64,000 bases of DNA. Origin: Candidatus Latescibacterota bacterium (GTDB lineage: Bacteria > Krumholzibacteriota > Krumholzibacteriia > WVZY01 > JAKEHA01). Positions 38,685 through 47,836 of this stretch are shown one piece after another. The position numbers and the translations under genes were made by a program. Numbering within the stretch: the stretch's first letter is position 1; each line of letters begins with the position of its first letter. Under the pieces are notes generated by a model that searched no databases, was not told where the DNA came from, and saw only the letters and a program-made list of their open reading frames with translations. The stretch is taken from positions 1,376,001 to 1,440,000 of the forward strand of contig OY970173.1 in assembly GCA_963707635.1 (NCBI GenBank). Direction: 5' to 3'.

Positions 38685-40121
38685 GTGCGCATCGAGAAGC
38701 GCAGCGACTGCATCTGGGAGATCCCGCGCGAGGGTGGCATGCGCGTCCCCGGCCGGATCATCGCCAGCGACGTGCTCATGGAGTCGATACGGGACGACGC
38801 CGCGGTCGAACAGGTCGCGAACGTGGCCCACTTGCCCGGAATCGTCGGCTACTCGTGGGCCATGCCCGACATGCACCTCGGCTACGGCTTTCCGATCGGC
38901 GGCGTGGCCGCCACCGCGTTCGACGCGGGTGGCGTCATCTCGCCGGGCGGCGTCGGCTACGACATCAACTGCGGGGTGCGTCTGGTCGCGAGTGGACTCA
39001 CTCGCGACGAGGTGGCGCCGCGCATCGAGCGGCTCGTCGCGCGTCTCTTCGAGCAGGTTCCGTGCGGGCCGAGCCCGCGTGAGTCGGCGATGGGAGAGCT
39101 GTCCGTGGCGGAGACGCGCCGCGCGCTGCGCGACGGGGCCCGCTACGCGATCGCGCGGGGCTTCGGGCGCGCCGAAGACCTCGAGTGTTGCGAGGAGAAC
39201 GGAGCCCTGGCCGGCGCCGCGCCGGACGCGGTCAGCGACGGAGCGATCGATCGCGGGCGCCGGCAGCTCGGATCGGTGGGCTCGGGCAACCACTTCCTGG
39301 AGGTCGGTTACGTGAGCCGCGTGTTCGCGCCCGACGTGGCCCGCGCGCTCGGTCTCGAAGAGGGAACCGTGACCCTCCTCATCCACTGCGGCTCGCGCGG
39401 GCTCGGCCACCAGGTGTGCACCGATTTCCTGCGCGAAATGGCCGCGGCGCGTTTCGCCTTCACGCTGCCCGACCGCCAGCTCGCCGCCGCGCCGCTGGAT
39501 TCGGATCTGGGACGCCGGTATCTGGGAGCCATGAACGCGGCGGCGAACTTCGCGTGGGCAAACCGGCAGGCGCTGATGGTGCTCGCGGAGCGGGTGTTCG
39601 CCGGCGTGTTCGCCGCGCCGAGCGACCGTCTCGGCTTTCGACTCGTCTACGACGTGTCGCACAACCTCGCCAAGACCGAGACCCATCGCGTCGCGGGAGT
39701 GCCGCGACGCGTATGCGTGCACCGCAAGGGCGCCACGCGCGCGCTCCCGCCGGGGGACGATCGCGTGCCCGCGAAATACCGCGGCGTTGGACAACCGGTG
39801 CTGGTGCCGGGCGACATGGGGACCGCGTCGCACGTCTGTGTGGGGGCCGCCTTCGAGGGCGAGCACCCCTTTCACTCGAGCTGTCACGGGGCCGGGCGCC
39901 GGCTCTCGCGCCGCTCGGCGACGAGACGCGGCGCGGGGCGCTCCATCGTCGACGAACTGAAGCGGCACGGGGTCGTCGTCATGGCGAAAGACCGGCGCAC
40001 GCTCGCCGAGGAGATGCCCGAAGCCTACAAGGACGTGTCGGAGGTCGTGGGCACGATGGCCCGTGTCGGGCTGGTTCGACAGGGGGTCGAGATTCGACCG
40101 CTCGGCGTGATCAAGGGCTAG
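38685..40121 (+). CDS. rtcB: RtcB RNA 2',3'-cyclic/3'-phosphate 5'-OH ligase
   Basis: MPDMHLGYGFPIGG, GYDINCG, GSGNHFLE, HCGSRG, SHN, HRKGAT, PGDMG, SCHGAGR, EEMPEAYKDV. Confidence 0.95.
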   Translation: MRIEKRSDCIWEIPREGGMRVPGRIIASDVLMESIRDDAAVEQVANVAHLPGIVGYSWAMPDMHLGYGFPIGGVAATAFDAGGVISPGGVGYDINCGVRLVASGLTRDEVAPRIERLVARLFEQVPCGPSPRESAMGELSVAETRRALRDGARYAIARGFGRAEDLECCEENGALAGAAPDAVSDGAIDRGRRQLGSVGSGNHFLEVGYVSRVFAPDVARALGLEEGTVTLLIHCGSRGLGHQVCTDFLREMAAARFAFTLPDRQLAAAPLDSDLGRRYLGAMNAAANFAWANRQALMVLAERVFAGVFAAPSDRLGFRLVYDVSHNLAKTETHRVAGVPRRVCVHRKGATRALPPGDDRVPAKYRGVGQPVLVPGDMGTASHVCVGAAFEGEHPFHSSCHGAGRRLSRRSATRRGAGRSIVDELKRHGVVVMAKDRRTLAEEMPEAYKDVSEVVGTMARVGLVRQGVEIRPLGVIKG

Positions 40122-40359
40122 ACCGCTCCCGAGCGCGGCGGGCGGCATCCCCTTTTTGGGGCTTCAAGGGCGCAAATGGATGCGTTATGATCACGCGCCG
40201 AGCCAACGCCCGAAGATCACGCCGGTGTCGAACCCGGCACTCCCGGTATTCATCGAACCCACGCTGTGACCCCGCCGTGACGTGCGACGACACGATGGTG
40301 CGCCGGGGTCGACCGGGGACGCACGAAGAATTTCGAACGTGAAAGGGTGAGTATTGAAG

Positions 40360-41064
40360 ATGAAACGCGCGATATGGTTGGTCATGCTGGGCGTTTGCGC
40401 CGCCGGTTTCGCCCCCGCCGACGGGTGGGCACAGACGTCCCGGCAGCCCACGGAGGTGAAGTACCTGCGCGTCCCACACCGGTTCCAGATCTTCATCGAC
40501 GGCGGAATCGCGCTCCCGTCCGAGCCCGGTGTGTTCAACGATTACTGGAACACCGCGTTCAACCTCGGCATCGGGTTCGGAGTTTCGATCCTGCCGTGGC
40601 TCGAGGTGAACGCGAGCTACTGCCGCGCGTCGTTCGGCTTGAACGCGATCGAAGCGAAGGGAAAGATCAAATACACGGGCATCCAGGAGGTGCAGGGCGG
40701 GAGCGTGAGCACGAAGGTCTTCTCGGGGTCCGTCCGCTTTCTCGCGGTGCCCAAGGCGCGCACGAATCCGTACGTGGAAGTCGGCGTCGGCGCGTTTACC
40801 ACCTCGGGTGCCGACGTGATCATCGAGGGTGTGCTGCGCAACTCGATGGAGGACGTCAGCGGGATCTCGGTCTGGCCGGCGGTGGGCATTCAATACGCGA
40901 TGAGCGATCGGTGGAGCGCGTACTCCCGGTTCACCTACATGATGAACTTGAACAGTGACTTCGCCCCCGGCGACCTGCTGCTGCCGCCGGGCGGGGGCAC
41001 GCCAACCATCGGCGGCAACCAGGTCATTTCGTCGATCATCGTCGGCGTCATGATACGGTTCTAG
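40360..41064 (+). CDS. Small outer-membrane beta-barrel protein (8-stranded OmpA/OmpW-like)
   Basis: Signal peptide; NPYVEVGVG strand; C-terminal VGVMIRF beta-signal. Confidence 0.7.
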   Translation: MKRAIWLVMLGVCAAGFAPADGWAQTSRQPTEVKYLRVPHRFQIFIDGGIALPSEPGVFNDYWNTAFNLGIGFGVSILPWLEVNASYCRASFGLNAIEAKGKIKYTGIQEVQGGSVSTKVFSGSVRFLAVPKARTNPYVEVGVGAFTTSGADVIIEGVLRNSMEDVSGISVWPAVGIQYAMSDRWSAYSRFTYMMNLNSDFAPGDLLLPPGGGTPTIGGNQVISSIIVGVMIRF

Positions 41065-41084
41065 GAAGCCGGGAAGGCGGCGCG

Positions 41085-41687
41085 ATGAAGCCCCGCGGAC
41101 ACACGCTGCTGGCGCTGACGTTGGCAGTCTTTGCGGTCTCGCCGGGTCGCGCGAGTGCGGAGCCCCACACGCGCACGGGTTTCTTCGTCGGCTTCGGGCT
41201 GGGTTCGGGCAACGCGTCGTGGGACTGGTTCGACGGACGCAGCAGCGAATGGTCGGGCAGCGGCTCGCTGCGCCTGGGGATGGCGCTCGCCAACGATTTC
41301 CTCCTCGGCCTCGAAGCCTGGCGATGGTCCCACGACTATCAGGTCGAGACCTCCGCCGCGCCCGTCCCGGTGGAAGCGGGGCTGACCGCGGTCACACTCG
41401 CGGCCACCTATTTCCCGGGCAATGCGGGTTTCTTTCTCCGGGGTGGTGTGGGTGTCGCAGACGGGCGCGTGGACGTGAGCCCGCCCTCCGGCGTCAGCTT
41501 CCCGGTGAGCGGACAGACCCGGGACACGGGAGTGGCGGTGCTCGGGGCGCTGGGTTACGAGATGCGGCTCACGTCGCGATTCGCACTCGGCGCGGAGGGT
41601 GACGTCGTCTACCTCGGCGTGGCCGGGGAAGCGATCGACACCGTGTTTGGTTACGGGATCGCCGTCGAGTTGAACTGGTACTGGTAG
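41085..41687 (+). CDS. Small outer-membrane beta-barrel protein
   Basis: Signal peptide ending ASA; RTGFFVGFGLG, GFFLRGGVG, LGYEMRL; C-terminal VELNWYW. Confidence 0.7.
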   Translation: MKPRGHTLLALTLAVFAVSPGRASAEPHTRTGFFVGFGLGSGNASWDWFDGRSSEWSGSGSLRLGMALANDFLLGLEAWRWSHDYQVETSAAPVPVEAGLTAVTLAATYFPGNAGFFLRGGVGVADGRVDVSPPSGVSFPVSGQTRDTGVAVLGALGYEMRLTSRFALGAEGDVVYLGVAGEAIDTVFGYGIAVELNWYW

Positions 41688-41705
41688 CACCGGCAGGAGA
41701 GTGTC

Positions 41706-42722
41706 ATGGCCACACCCGGAGTCATCACGATCGAGCGCCACATCCTGATGGAGCAGGAACGCTTTCCCGATTCGTCCGGAGCGCTGACCAACCTGCTCTA
41801 CGACCTCGCGCTGGCCGGGAAGCTGATCGCGAGCCGCACCCAGCGCGCGGGACTCGCGGACATCCTGGGTTCCGCGGGTCACGAGAACGTCCAGGGCGAG
41901 GAAGTCCAGAAGCTCGACGTATACGCGCAGCGGACGATCTACCAGCTCAACGACCACACTGGCCGCCTCTGCTGCATGGCCTCCGAGGAATCGAAGGAGA
42001 TCATTCCCATTCCCGACGGGTATCCCAAGGGCGACTACGTGCTCGTCTTCGACCCGCTCGACGGGTCGTCCAACATCGACTTCAACGTGGCGGTCGGCAC
42101 CATTTTCGCCGTCTTCCGGCGCAAGACCGCGTCGGGTCCCGGTCTCGTGAGCGACGTGTTGCAGAACGGCCGCGAGATCGTGGCCGGCGGCTACCTGGTG
42201 TACGGGTCGAGCACGATGCTGGTGTACACCACCGGCCACGGCGTCAACGGCTTCACCCTGGACCCGAGCATCGGCGAGTTCCTGTTGTCGCACCCGAACG
42301 TGCGGCTGCCGCAGGTTCCGAAGTACTACAGCGTGAATCAGGGCTACGACAAGTACTGGACCGAGGGCGTGCGCCGCTATACGCGCTGGCTCCAGGGCGA
42401 AGAGGGGAACGCGAGATCGCTCTCGCTGCGCTACGTCGGGTCGATGGTGGCCGACGTGCACCGCACCCTCTTCGGCGGCGGCGTGTTCTACTACCCGGCC
42501 GATTCGAAGGACCCGAACAAGCCCCAGGGCAAGCTGCGCCTGCTCTACGAGGCCATGCCGATGTCATACGTGATCGAGCAGGCGGGAGGCTACGGATCCA
42601 CCGGGCGGGGCCCGATTCTCGACGTCACCCCGAAGTCCCTGCACGAGCGCACCCCGGTGTTCGTGGGCTCGCGGGAAGTGGTCGAGAAAGCGGAAGAGTT
42701 CATCGCGCAGTACGACCGCTGA
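41706..42722 (+). CDS. fbp: Fructose-1,6-bisphosphatase class 1
   Basis: [42 protein letters not shown]. Confidence 0.97.
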   Translation: MATPGVITIERHILMEQERFPDSSGALTNLLYDLALAGKLIASRTQRAGLADILGSAGHENVQGEEVQKLDVYAQRTIYQLNDHTGRLCCMASEESKEIIPIPDGYPKGDYVLVFDPLDGSSNIDFNVAVGTIFAVFRRKTASGPGLVSDVLQNGREIVAGGYLVYGSSTMLVYTTGHGVNGFTLDPSIGEFLLSHPNVRLPQVPKYYSVNQGYDKYWTEGVRRYTRWLQGEEGNARSLSLRYVGSMVADVHRTLFGGGVFYYPADSKDPNKPQGKLRLLYEAMPMSYVIEQAGGYGSTGRGPILDVTPKSLHERTPVFVGSREVVEKAEEFIAQYDR

Positions 42723-42737
42723 TCCGCGCCCCGCGCT

Positions 42738-44339
42738 TCAGCGAACGAACTGCGCCGCAAAGTGCTCCGGACCCAGGTTCTCGCCGGTCGCGCGCCGCAC
42801 CAGCTCGTCCCACCGATATCGTTTCCCGGGCGCGAACACGCGTTCACGCAGGAACTCGCCGACCGCCGGTTGGTCGACCATCGAGTGACGGCCGTTCGCC
42901 GACGCGAGCACGCCGCGCTGGATGGCGTGGTCGAGCTGGGACGCAAACAACTCGCCGAGCATGTAGTTGTGATAGTAGACGGGCGCCGAGACGATGTGGA
43001 TCTTCGACGCCCAGTCGGGTTCGTCGCGGCCGTCGGGGCGCGGCACGCGCTGGTAGCGTTCCACCAGGTCCCACCACAGCCGGTTCAGGTCCTGCTCGGG
43101 ATCCGCGTAGAGCGCGCGCTCGAAGCGGGTCATCACCTGGCACCAGCGCGCAAAGATGATCTGCGAGAGCCGCGTCGTGCGCGCCGATTCGCGCGCGATC
43201 GCGCCGCGCTCGGACGCCGGGAACCCGATCATGCGCTCGATCCAGTCCGCGTCCTTCGACAACCTCCCGAACAGCATCGCGATGGCCTCGGTCACGAAGA
43301 CGTGGGCGTGCTCGCGCAGGAGATACGGGAGGCCGGGGTCGATGTGGCGGTCGTAGACCGCGTGTCCGAGTTCGTGCAGCATCGTGCCCGCCCAGTTCTC
43401 GTCGTTCTGGACGTTGGCGAGCACGCGCACGTCGCCGCGCCGGTCGATGTCGAGGCAGTAGGCGTGCTGCTCCTTGCCGGGCTTTTCGAACAAGTCGCTG
43501 CGCGCGAGGATGGCGTCGACGCCGAGGCCGATCCCTTCGAAGAACCGGCGCGCAAGCGACACCACGTCGTGGTCTCGATAGTAGTGGTCGAAATCGACCG
43601 GAAATATCCGCGGCAGCTCCTGGAAGAACGGGTCCTCGTAGTGCCACGCGCGCAGTTGCGACGGCGGGATTGTGTAGCGGGCCCCCAGCGCGGCGTCGAT
43701 CTCCTCCTTGACGTGCAGGAACGGATCGCGGGTCAAGTCGTCGAGCCGGTCGAAGAGCGAGCGCAGTTCCGCCTCGTCCTGTTCGGCGAGCTCGAGCGAC
43801 ATCGTGTAGAAATCGGTGAAGCCGAGCAAGCGGGCGGAGTCGTTGCGCAAACGAACGAGCTCGAGCAGGTCCGCGCGCACTTCGTGCCCGATCCCCTTGT
43901 CGGCCTCCCACACGCGCCGGCGGTAGACGGGGTCGGGATGGCGCTTCATGATGGACCGCACGTCGTTGCCGGAGAGCTCCCGACCGTCGACGTTCACCCG
44001 GTAGGTGGCGAACGAGCGCACGATCTTGCTCGAGATGTGCGTCATCGCTTCGATCCGCGCGGGGTCGATCTGATTGCGCAGGTAGGCGCGGTGGAGCAGT
44101 TCGAGCTGCCGGCCCTCGATCGGGTCGCGGGGCCCCGATTGCTCCCGCCAGCGCGCCAGCGTGGCGAAGTCGTCCGGGTCGGCGTAGAGCTTCTGGAACT
44201 CCACCTCGAGAGTGGCGTAGCGCGAGAAGTCTTCGGGGCGGCCCGAAATGGTCGCAGTCCAGTAGGCGAGATTCACCTCGCGGGCGAGCGGCTCGACGCG
44301 GGCGAGGTGGGAGTCGATGAAGGCGCGCAGTTCGGTCAT
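42738..44339 (-). CDS. M2/M3-clan zinc oligopeptidase
   Basis: LHELGHA (HExxH), TEAIAMLF third ligand, SKIHI, PVYYHNY; no signal peptide; C-terminal part of ORF 42738..45251. Confidence 0.88.
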   Translation of the reverse strand: MTELRAFIDSHLARVEPLAREVNLAYWTATISGRPEDFSRYATLEVEFQKLYADPDDFATLARWREQSGPRDPIEGRQLELLHRAYLRNQIDPARIEAMTHISSKIVRSFATYRVNVDGRELSGNDVRSIMKRHPDPVYRRRVWEADKGIGHEVRADLLELVRLRNDSARLLGFTDFYTMSLELAEQDEAELRSLFDRLDDLTRDPFLHVKEEIDAALGARYTIPPSQLRAWHYEDPFFQELPRIFPVDFDHYYRDHDVVSLARRFFEGIGLGVDAILARSDLFEKPGKEQHAYCLDIDRRGDVRVLANVQNDENWAGTMLHELGHAVYDRHIDPGLPYLLREHAHVFVTEAIAMLFGRLSKDADWIERMIGFPASERGAIARESARTTRLSQIIFARWCQVMTRFERALYADPEQDLNRLWWDLVERYQRVPRPDGRDEPDWASKIHIVSAPVYYHNYMLGELFASQLDHAIQRGVLASANGRHSMVDQPAVGEFLRERVFAPGKRYRWDELVRRATGENLGPEHFAAQFVR

Positions 44340-44579
44340 GGCGTGATTCCCGCGTCGCGGATAGTGGCCCACCCGCGCGGACTGCGCTACGGTAGCCCAG
44401 GAGGCGGCCCGGGCGCAAAAACAAACGCAATTCTTTTCGTGGCAAGGGCTTGTCTGCAGAGCGTACAATACCGGCCAGCACGGCCCGAATAGACGACCCC
44501 CGCCGCGTGTAACCCCGCTGCCATGAATGCACGAAACCCGGCGGTGGTCGCGGTCGAGTTCGCGCCGCGGGAGAACACG

Positions 44580-45164
44580 GTGGAACCGGACAGCGAGCGC
44601 GAAATCATCCGCGGCTGGAAGCGCGGGGACAAACGGGCGTATGAAGTGCTCGTGCGTCGCTACATGACCGACGCGTACCTGGTGGCGTACGGGTACGCCG
44701 GCAACGCCGAGGATGCGCGCGATCTTTCGCAGGAGGCGTTCATCAAGGCCTACGGGGCGCGCAGCCAGTTCGACGAAGCGCGCCCCTTCTATCCGTGGTT
44801 GTACCGGATCCTCAAGAACCACTGCCTCAACTACGTCACGCGCCGCCGGGCGCACGTGTCGATCGACGACGAAAACGAACACCGCGAGATCCCGTGCCCC
44901 CGACCTTCTCCGCTCGAAGACCTCGAGCGCGACGAGCGCCGGCGGATCGTGCGCGCCGCAGTCGAGCGACTGTCGATCGATCATCGGGAGGTCATCGTCT
45001 TGAAGAACTTCAAGGGGCACTCGTACCGGGAAATTGCCGACATGCTGGAGGTGCCGATCGGCACCGTGATGTCGCGACTGTTCTACGCGCGCCAGGCGCT
45101 GCGCGTGCTGATCGAACAGATCGAGCGGACCGGGCTGGACGATGGCGCGCGGGAGGTGGTGTGA
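44580..45164 (+). CDS. ECF RNA polymerase sigma factor
   Basis: DARDLSQEAFIKAY, WLYRILKNHCLN (region 2); SYREIADMLEVPIGTVMSRLFYAR (region 4); GTG start behind GGAGA, alternative ATG at 44523. Confidence 0.92.
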   Translation: MEPDSEREIIRGWKRGDKRAYEVLVRRYMTDAYLVAYGYAGNAEDARDLSQEAFIKAYGARSQFDEARPFYPWLYRILKNHCLNYVTRRRAHVSIDDENEHREIPCPRPSPLEDLERDERRRIVRAAVERLSIDHREVIVLKNFKGHSYREIADMLEVPIGTVMSRLFYARQALRVLIEQIERTGLDDGAREVV

Positions 45165-45166
45165 GC

Positions 45167-45601
45167 ATGGAGTGCACGCGTTACCGCACGGACGGCATGC
45201 GGCTGCTCGACGGCGAGCTGTCGGCGCCGGAGCGGGCGGAGTACGAGGCACACGTGCGCGGGTGCGACGCGTGCCAGCGCGAGCTCGATCCGCTCGGCCG
45301 TATCGTCCGCATGACCGACGAGCTCAAGCTCCGGGTTCCCGACGAGGCGTTCTGGAAGGGGTACTGGGAGAGCGTGTACCGGCGCAGCGAGCGCAACCTC
45401 GGGTTCCTGCTGCTGATCGTCGGCGTGGTCGCTGTGCTCGCGCTCGGTATCGTGCGCGCGGTGACGTCGCCGTCGTTTTTGACCTACGAGGGGATCAGCA
45501 TCACCCTCATCCTGGTCGGGCTGGTCGTCATCTTCATTTCCGTCGCGCGCGAGCGTTACCACGAAAGCCGAAACGATCCGTACCGGGAGGTCGAGCGTTG
45601 A
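45167..45601 (+). CDS. Zinc-binding (zf-HC2/ZAS) membrane anti-sigma factor
   Basis: LDGELS...HVRGCDAC (HxxxCxxC) followed by two TM helices. Confidence 0.85.
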   Translation: MECTRYRTDGMRLLDGELSAPERAEYEAHVRGCDACQRELDPLGRIVRMTDELKLRVPDEAFWKGYWESVYRRSERNLGFLLLIVGVVAVLALGIVRAVTSPSFLTYEGISITLILVGLVVIFISVARERYHESRNDPYREVER

Positions 45602-45918
45602 TCCTTGCCACCACGGAAAACATCACCGGTTACCGCATCAGCCAGGTGTTCGGTCTGGTCCAGGGCAGCTCGGTGCGGGCCCGTCACGTTGGGTCGGACA
45701 TCACCGCGTTCTTCAAGAATCTGACCGGCGGCGAGATTCGCGAGTACACCAAATTGCTGGCCGAAGCGCGCGAGCAGTGTCTGGACCGGATGCGCGAGGA
45801 GGCCACCCGCCTCGGCGCCAATGCGGTCGTGGGGTTGCGATTCTCGTCCACCGACATCTCCGAGGGCGCCTCGGAGCTGCTGGTCTACGGGACCGCGGTC
45901 GTGATCGAGCGCGCGTAG
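45598..45918 (+). CDS. YbjQ / UPF0145 family protein
   Basis: TTG start overlapping the upstream TGA; ILATTENITG, GGEIREYT, LGANAVVGLRF, VYGTAV. Confidence 0.88.
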   Translation: MILATTENITGYRISQVFGLVQGSSVRARHVGSDITAFFKNLTGGEIREYTKLLAEAREQCLDRMREEATRLGANAVVGLRFSSTDISEGASELLVYGTAVVIERA

Positions 45919-46078
45919 GAGCTCATGGATTCGGGCGGCGTGGGCAGGTTCTCCGACGCGATTTCACGAGGCGCGCTGTAGACGTTTGCGCGCGAAGTGC
46001 ATGAGCGGAGGAGAAGCCTGCCCACGCCGCCCCCTCGTGCTTTTGCGCTGGTCCGCAAGGCCGTGATATATTGACCGC

Positions 46079-46918
46079 ATGCAACTCGGTGACTGGAGCG
46101 TTCGGACCATTCTCGCCGGCCGCTTCGGCCTCGACGGCGGCGCGATGTTCGGCGTGGTGCCGAGGACGATGTGGGCGAAGGCGCTGCCACCGGACGAGTT
46201 CAATCGCGTGCCGATGGTGATGCGCGTCCTGCTCGTGCAGGGACGCGGTCGCACCATCGTGGTCGATGTCGGCGCCGGCGGCGGTCACACGGCGAAGAAT
46301 CGGGAGATCTACGCCTTCGAAGACACCGAACACCTCGTCGAATTGATCCGCGGGCTCGGCGTGGACCCCGCGAATGTCACCGACGTGCTCCTGACCCACC
46401 TGCACTTCGATCACGCGGCGGGCATCGTGGAGCCCGACGGCGACGGCTGGAAGCTCGCGTTTCCGAACGCCCGGCACCACGTGCAGCGCTCGCAGTGGGA
46501 GCACGCGTTGCACCCCAACCCGCGGGACCGCGCGAGCTACTACGAGGATCGCCTGCGCACCGTGGAGGCACGCGGCGTTCTGGATCTGCACGACGGACCG
46601 TGGACGCTCGCCCCGGGGTTCGATCTGCGCGTGTTCGACGGCCACTCTCCCGGTCAGCAGCTTCCGGTCATCCGCGGCGGAGAAAGCACGCTGTTTTTCT
46701 GTGGCGACCTGATCCCGACCCACCACCACGTTCCGATTCCGTACGTGATGAGCTATGACCTCTATCCGGTGACCGCCATGGGCGAGAAATCCACCCTGCT
46801 CGAGCAGGCCGCGGCGGAGGGCTGGCTCCTGCTTTTCGAGCACGACGCCCACCTGGAGGCGTGCCATATCCAGCGTGATGGCAGGCGTTTTGCTCCCGCC
46901 GACGTGGTGCGAATCTGA
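46079..46918 (+). CDS. Metallo-beta-lactamase-fold hydrolase (YtnP-like)
   Basis: LDGGAMFGVVP, THLHFDHA, GHSPGQQ, GDLIP, MSYDLYP, FEHD. Confidence 0.9.
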   Translation: MQLGDWSVRTILAGRFGLDGGAMFGVVPRTMWAKALPPDEFNRVPMVMRVLLVQGRGRTIVVDVGAGGGHTAKNREIYAFEDTEHLVELIRGLGVDPANVTDVLLTHLHFDHAAGIVEPDGDGWKLAFPNARHHVQRSQWEHALHPNPRDRASYYEDRLRTVEARGVLDLHDGPWTLAPGFDLRVFDGHSPGQQLPVIRGGESTLFFCGDLIPTHHHVPIPYVMSYDLYPVTAMGEKSTLLEQAAAEGWLLLFEHDAHLEACHIQRDGRRFAPADVVRI

Positions 46919-47058
46919 TCCGGGTGCCCGAAATTCCCGAAACTCCGGGGTCCCCGGGGGTGTAGAATGACAGCCCGGACGACTTGACGAACCGGGCCGG
47001 TCTGGTGAATGATCTCTCTGATGGAATCTCGACAACCCCAGCCAGGAGGCTATCTAAG

Positions 47059-47745
47059 ATGAATCGCAGCAAGATGGTGTTTGGAACCGTGGCCGCGTTT
47101 GGCCTGGCCGTCGTGTTGGCGGGTGTCGGCGATTCGAGTTTCGCCGTGGCCTGCGACTCCTCCGCCAAGACCGCAGGCGCCACGGCGTCGTGTTGTAAGG
47201 ACAAGAGCGCGAACGCCGCGGCGGTCGACAGCAAGAAACTGAAACACATGCGCGTGGCGACGGCGTCCACGGCGGGCACGTGCACCCGGGACGCCTCGAT
47301 GTCGGCGTCGGCCAACGGCTGCACGAGGTCCACGGCGACCACCGCTTCCATGAAATCGGATTGCGAATCCGCCCACGCCACCGCGATGGCGGCCGGCGCC
47401 GGATCGTGCTGTGAGTCGAAGTCGGCCAAGACGGCAGCGATGGAAGGCTGCGATCAGGCCAAGACCGCGTCGGTCAAGCACGCGGTCGATACGCTGCCGT
47501 ACGCCGAGAACCGTCGCGTGGTGATGTCCGGGACGTACGAGTGTGGCCACTGCGCGCTCCAGCTTACCGACGAGTGCTCGCCGATGCTGAAGACCGCCGA
47601 CGGCAAGATCTATCCGCTGATGGACAACGCCCGCGTGGAGGCGATGCGCGAGGCGAAGTGCGCGAACGGCGTCGAAGTGAGCGGGCTGGTCCGGAAGATC
47701 GACGGCGTCAAGGTCATCGAAGTGAAGAGCTATCGGGCCCTGTAG
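47059..47745 (+). CDS. Secreted cysteine-rich hypothetical protein
   Basis: AGGAGG RBS; signal peptide; Ala/Ser/Thr/Cys low-complexity repeats, then a small beta-rich domain with CGHC-x7-C. Confidence 0.75.
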   Translation: MNRSKMVFGTVAAFGLAVVLAGVGDSSFAVACDSSAKTAGATASCCKDKSANAAAVDSKKLKHMRVATASTAGTCTRDASMSASANGCTRSTATTASMKSDCESAHATAMAAGAGSCCESKSAKTAAMEGCDQAKTASVKHAVDTLPYAENRRVVMSGTYECGHCALQLTDECSPMLKTADGKIYPLMDNARVEAMREAKCANGVEVSGLVRKIDGVKVIEVKSYRAL

Positions 47746-47774
47746 TCGGGTTCGGTTCGGAACACTCCGTAATG

Positions 47775-47808
47775 CACGAAGGCCTCCCCCTCGGGGGAGG
47801 CCTTCGTG
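47775..47808. terminator. Perfect hairpin, probable bidirectional terminator between convergent genes
   Basis: CACGAAGGCCTCCCC / GGGGAGGCCTTCGTG. Confidence 0.8.
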
Positions 47809-47836
47809 TTAAATAACGGCGCCGCGTCGACCCCGG

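Noticed and set aside
13118..40162. Identical 13-mer CCCTTTTTGGGGC upstream of two OMP genes (13118-13130 and 40150-40162)
   Set aside because: It lies downstream of the -10 in one case and upstream of the -35 in the other; a single 13-mer match is compatible with chance
44340..44579. Autoregulatory ECF promoter
   Set aside because: Several partial AAC...CG matches, but none with spacing convincing enough to call
47542..47556. Heme c attachment site or thioredoxin-fold active site at CGHC
   Set aside because: CxxC is followed by Ala, not His, and the surrounding sequence does not look like a thioredoxin fold
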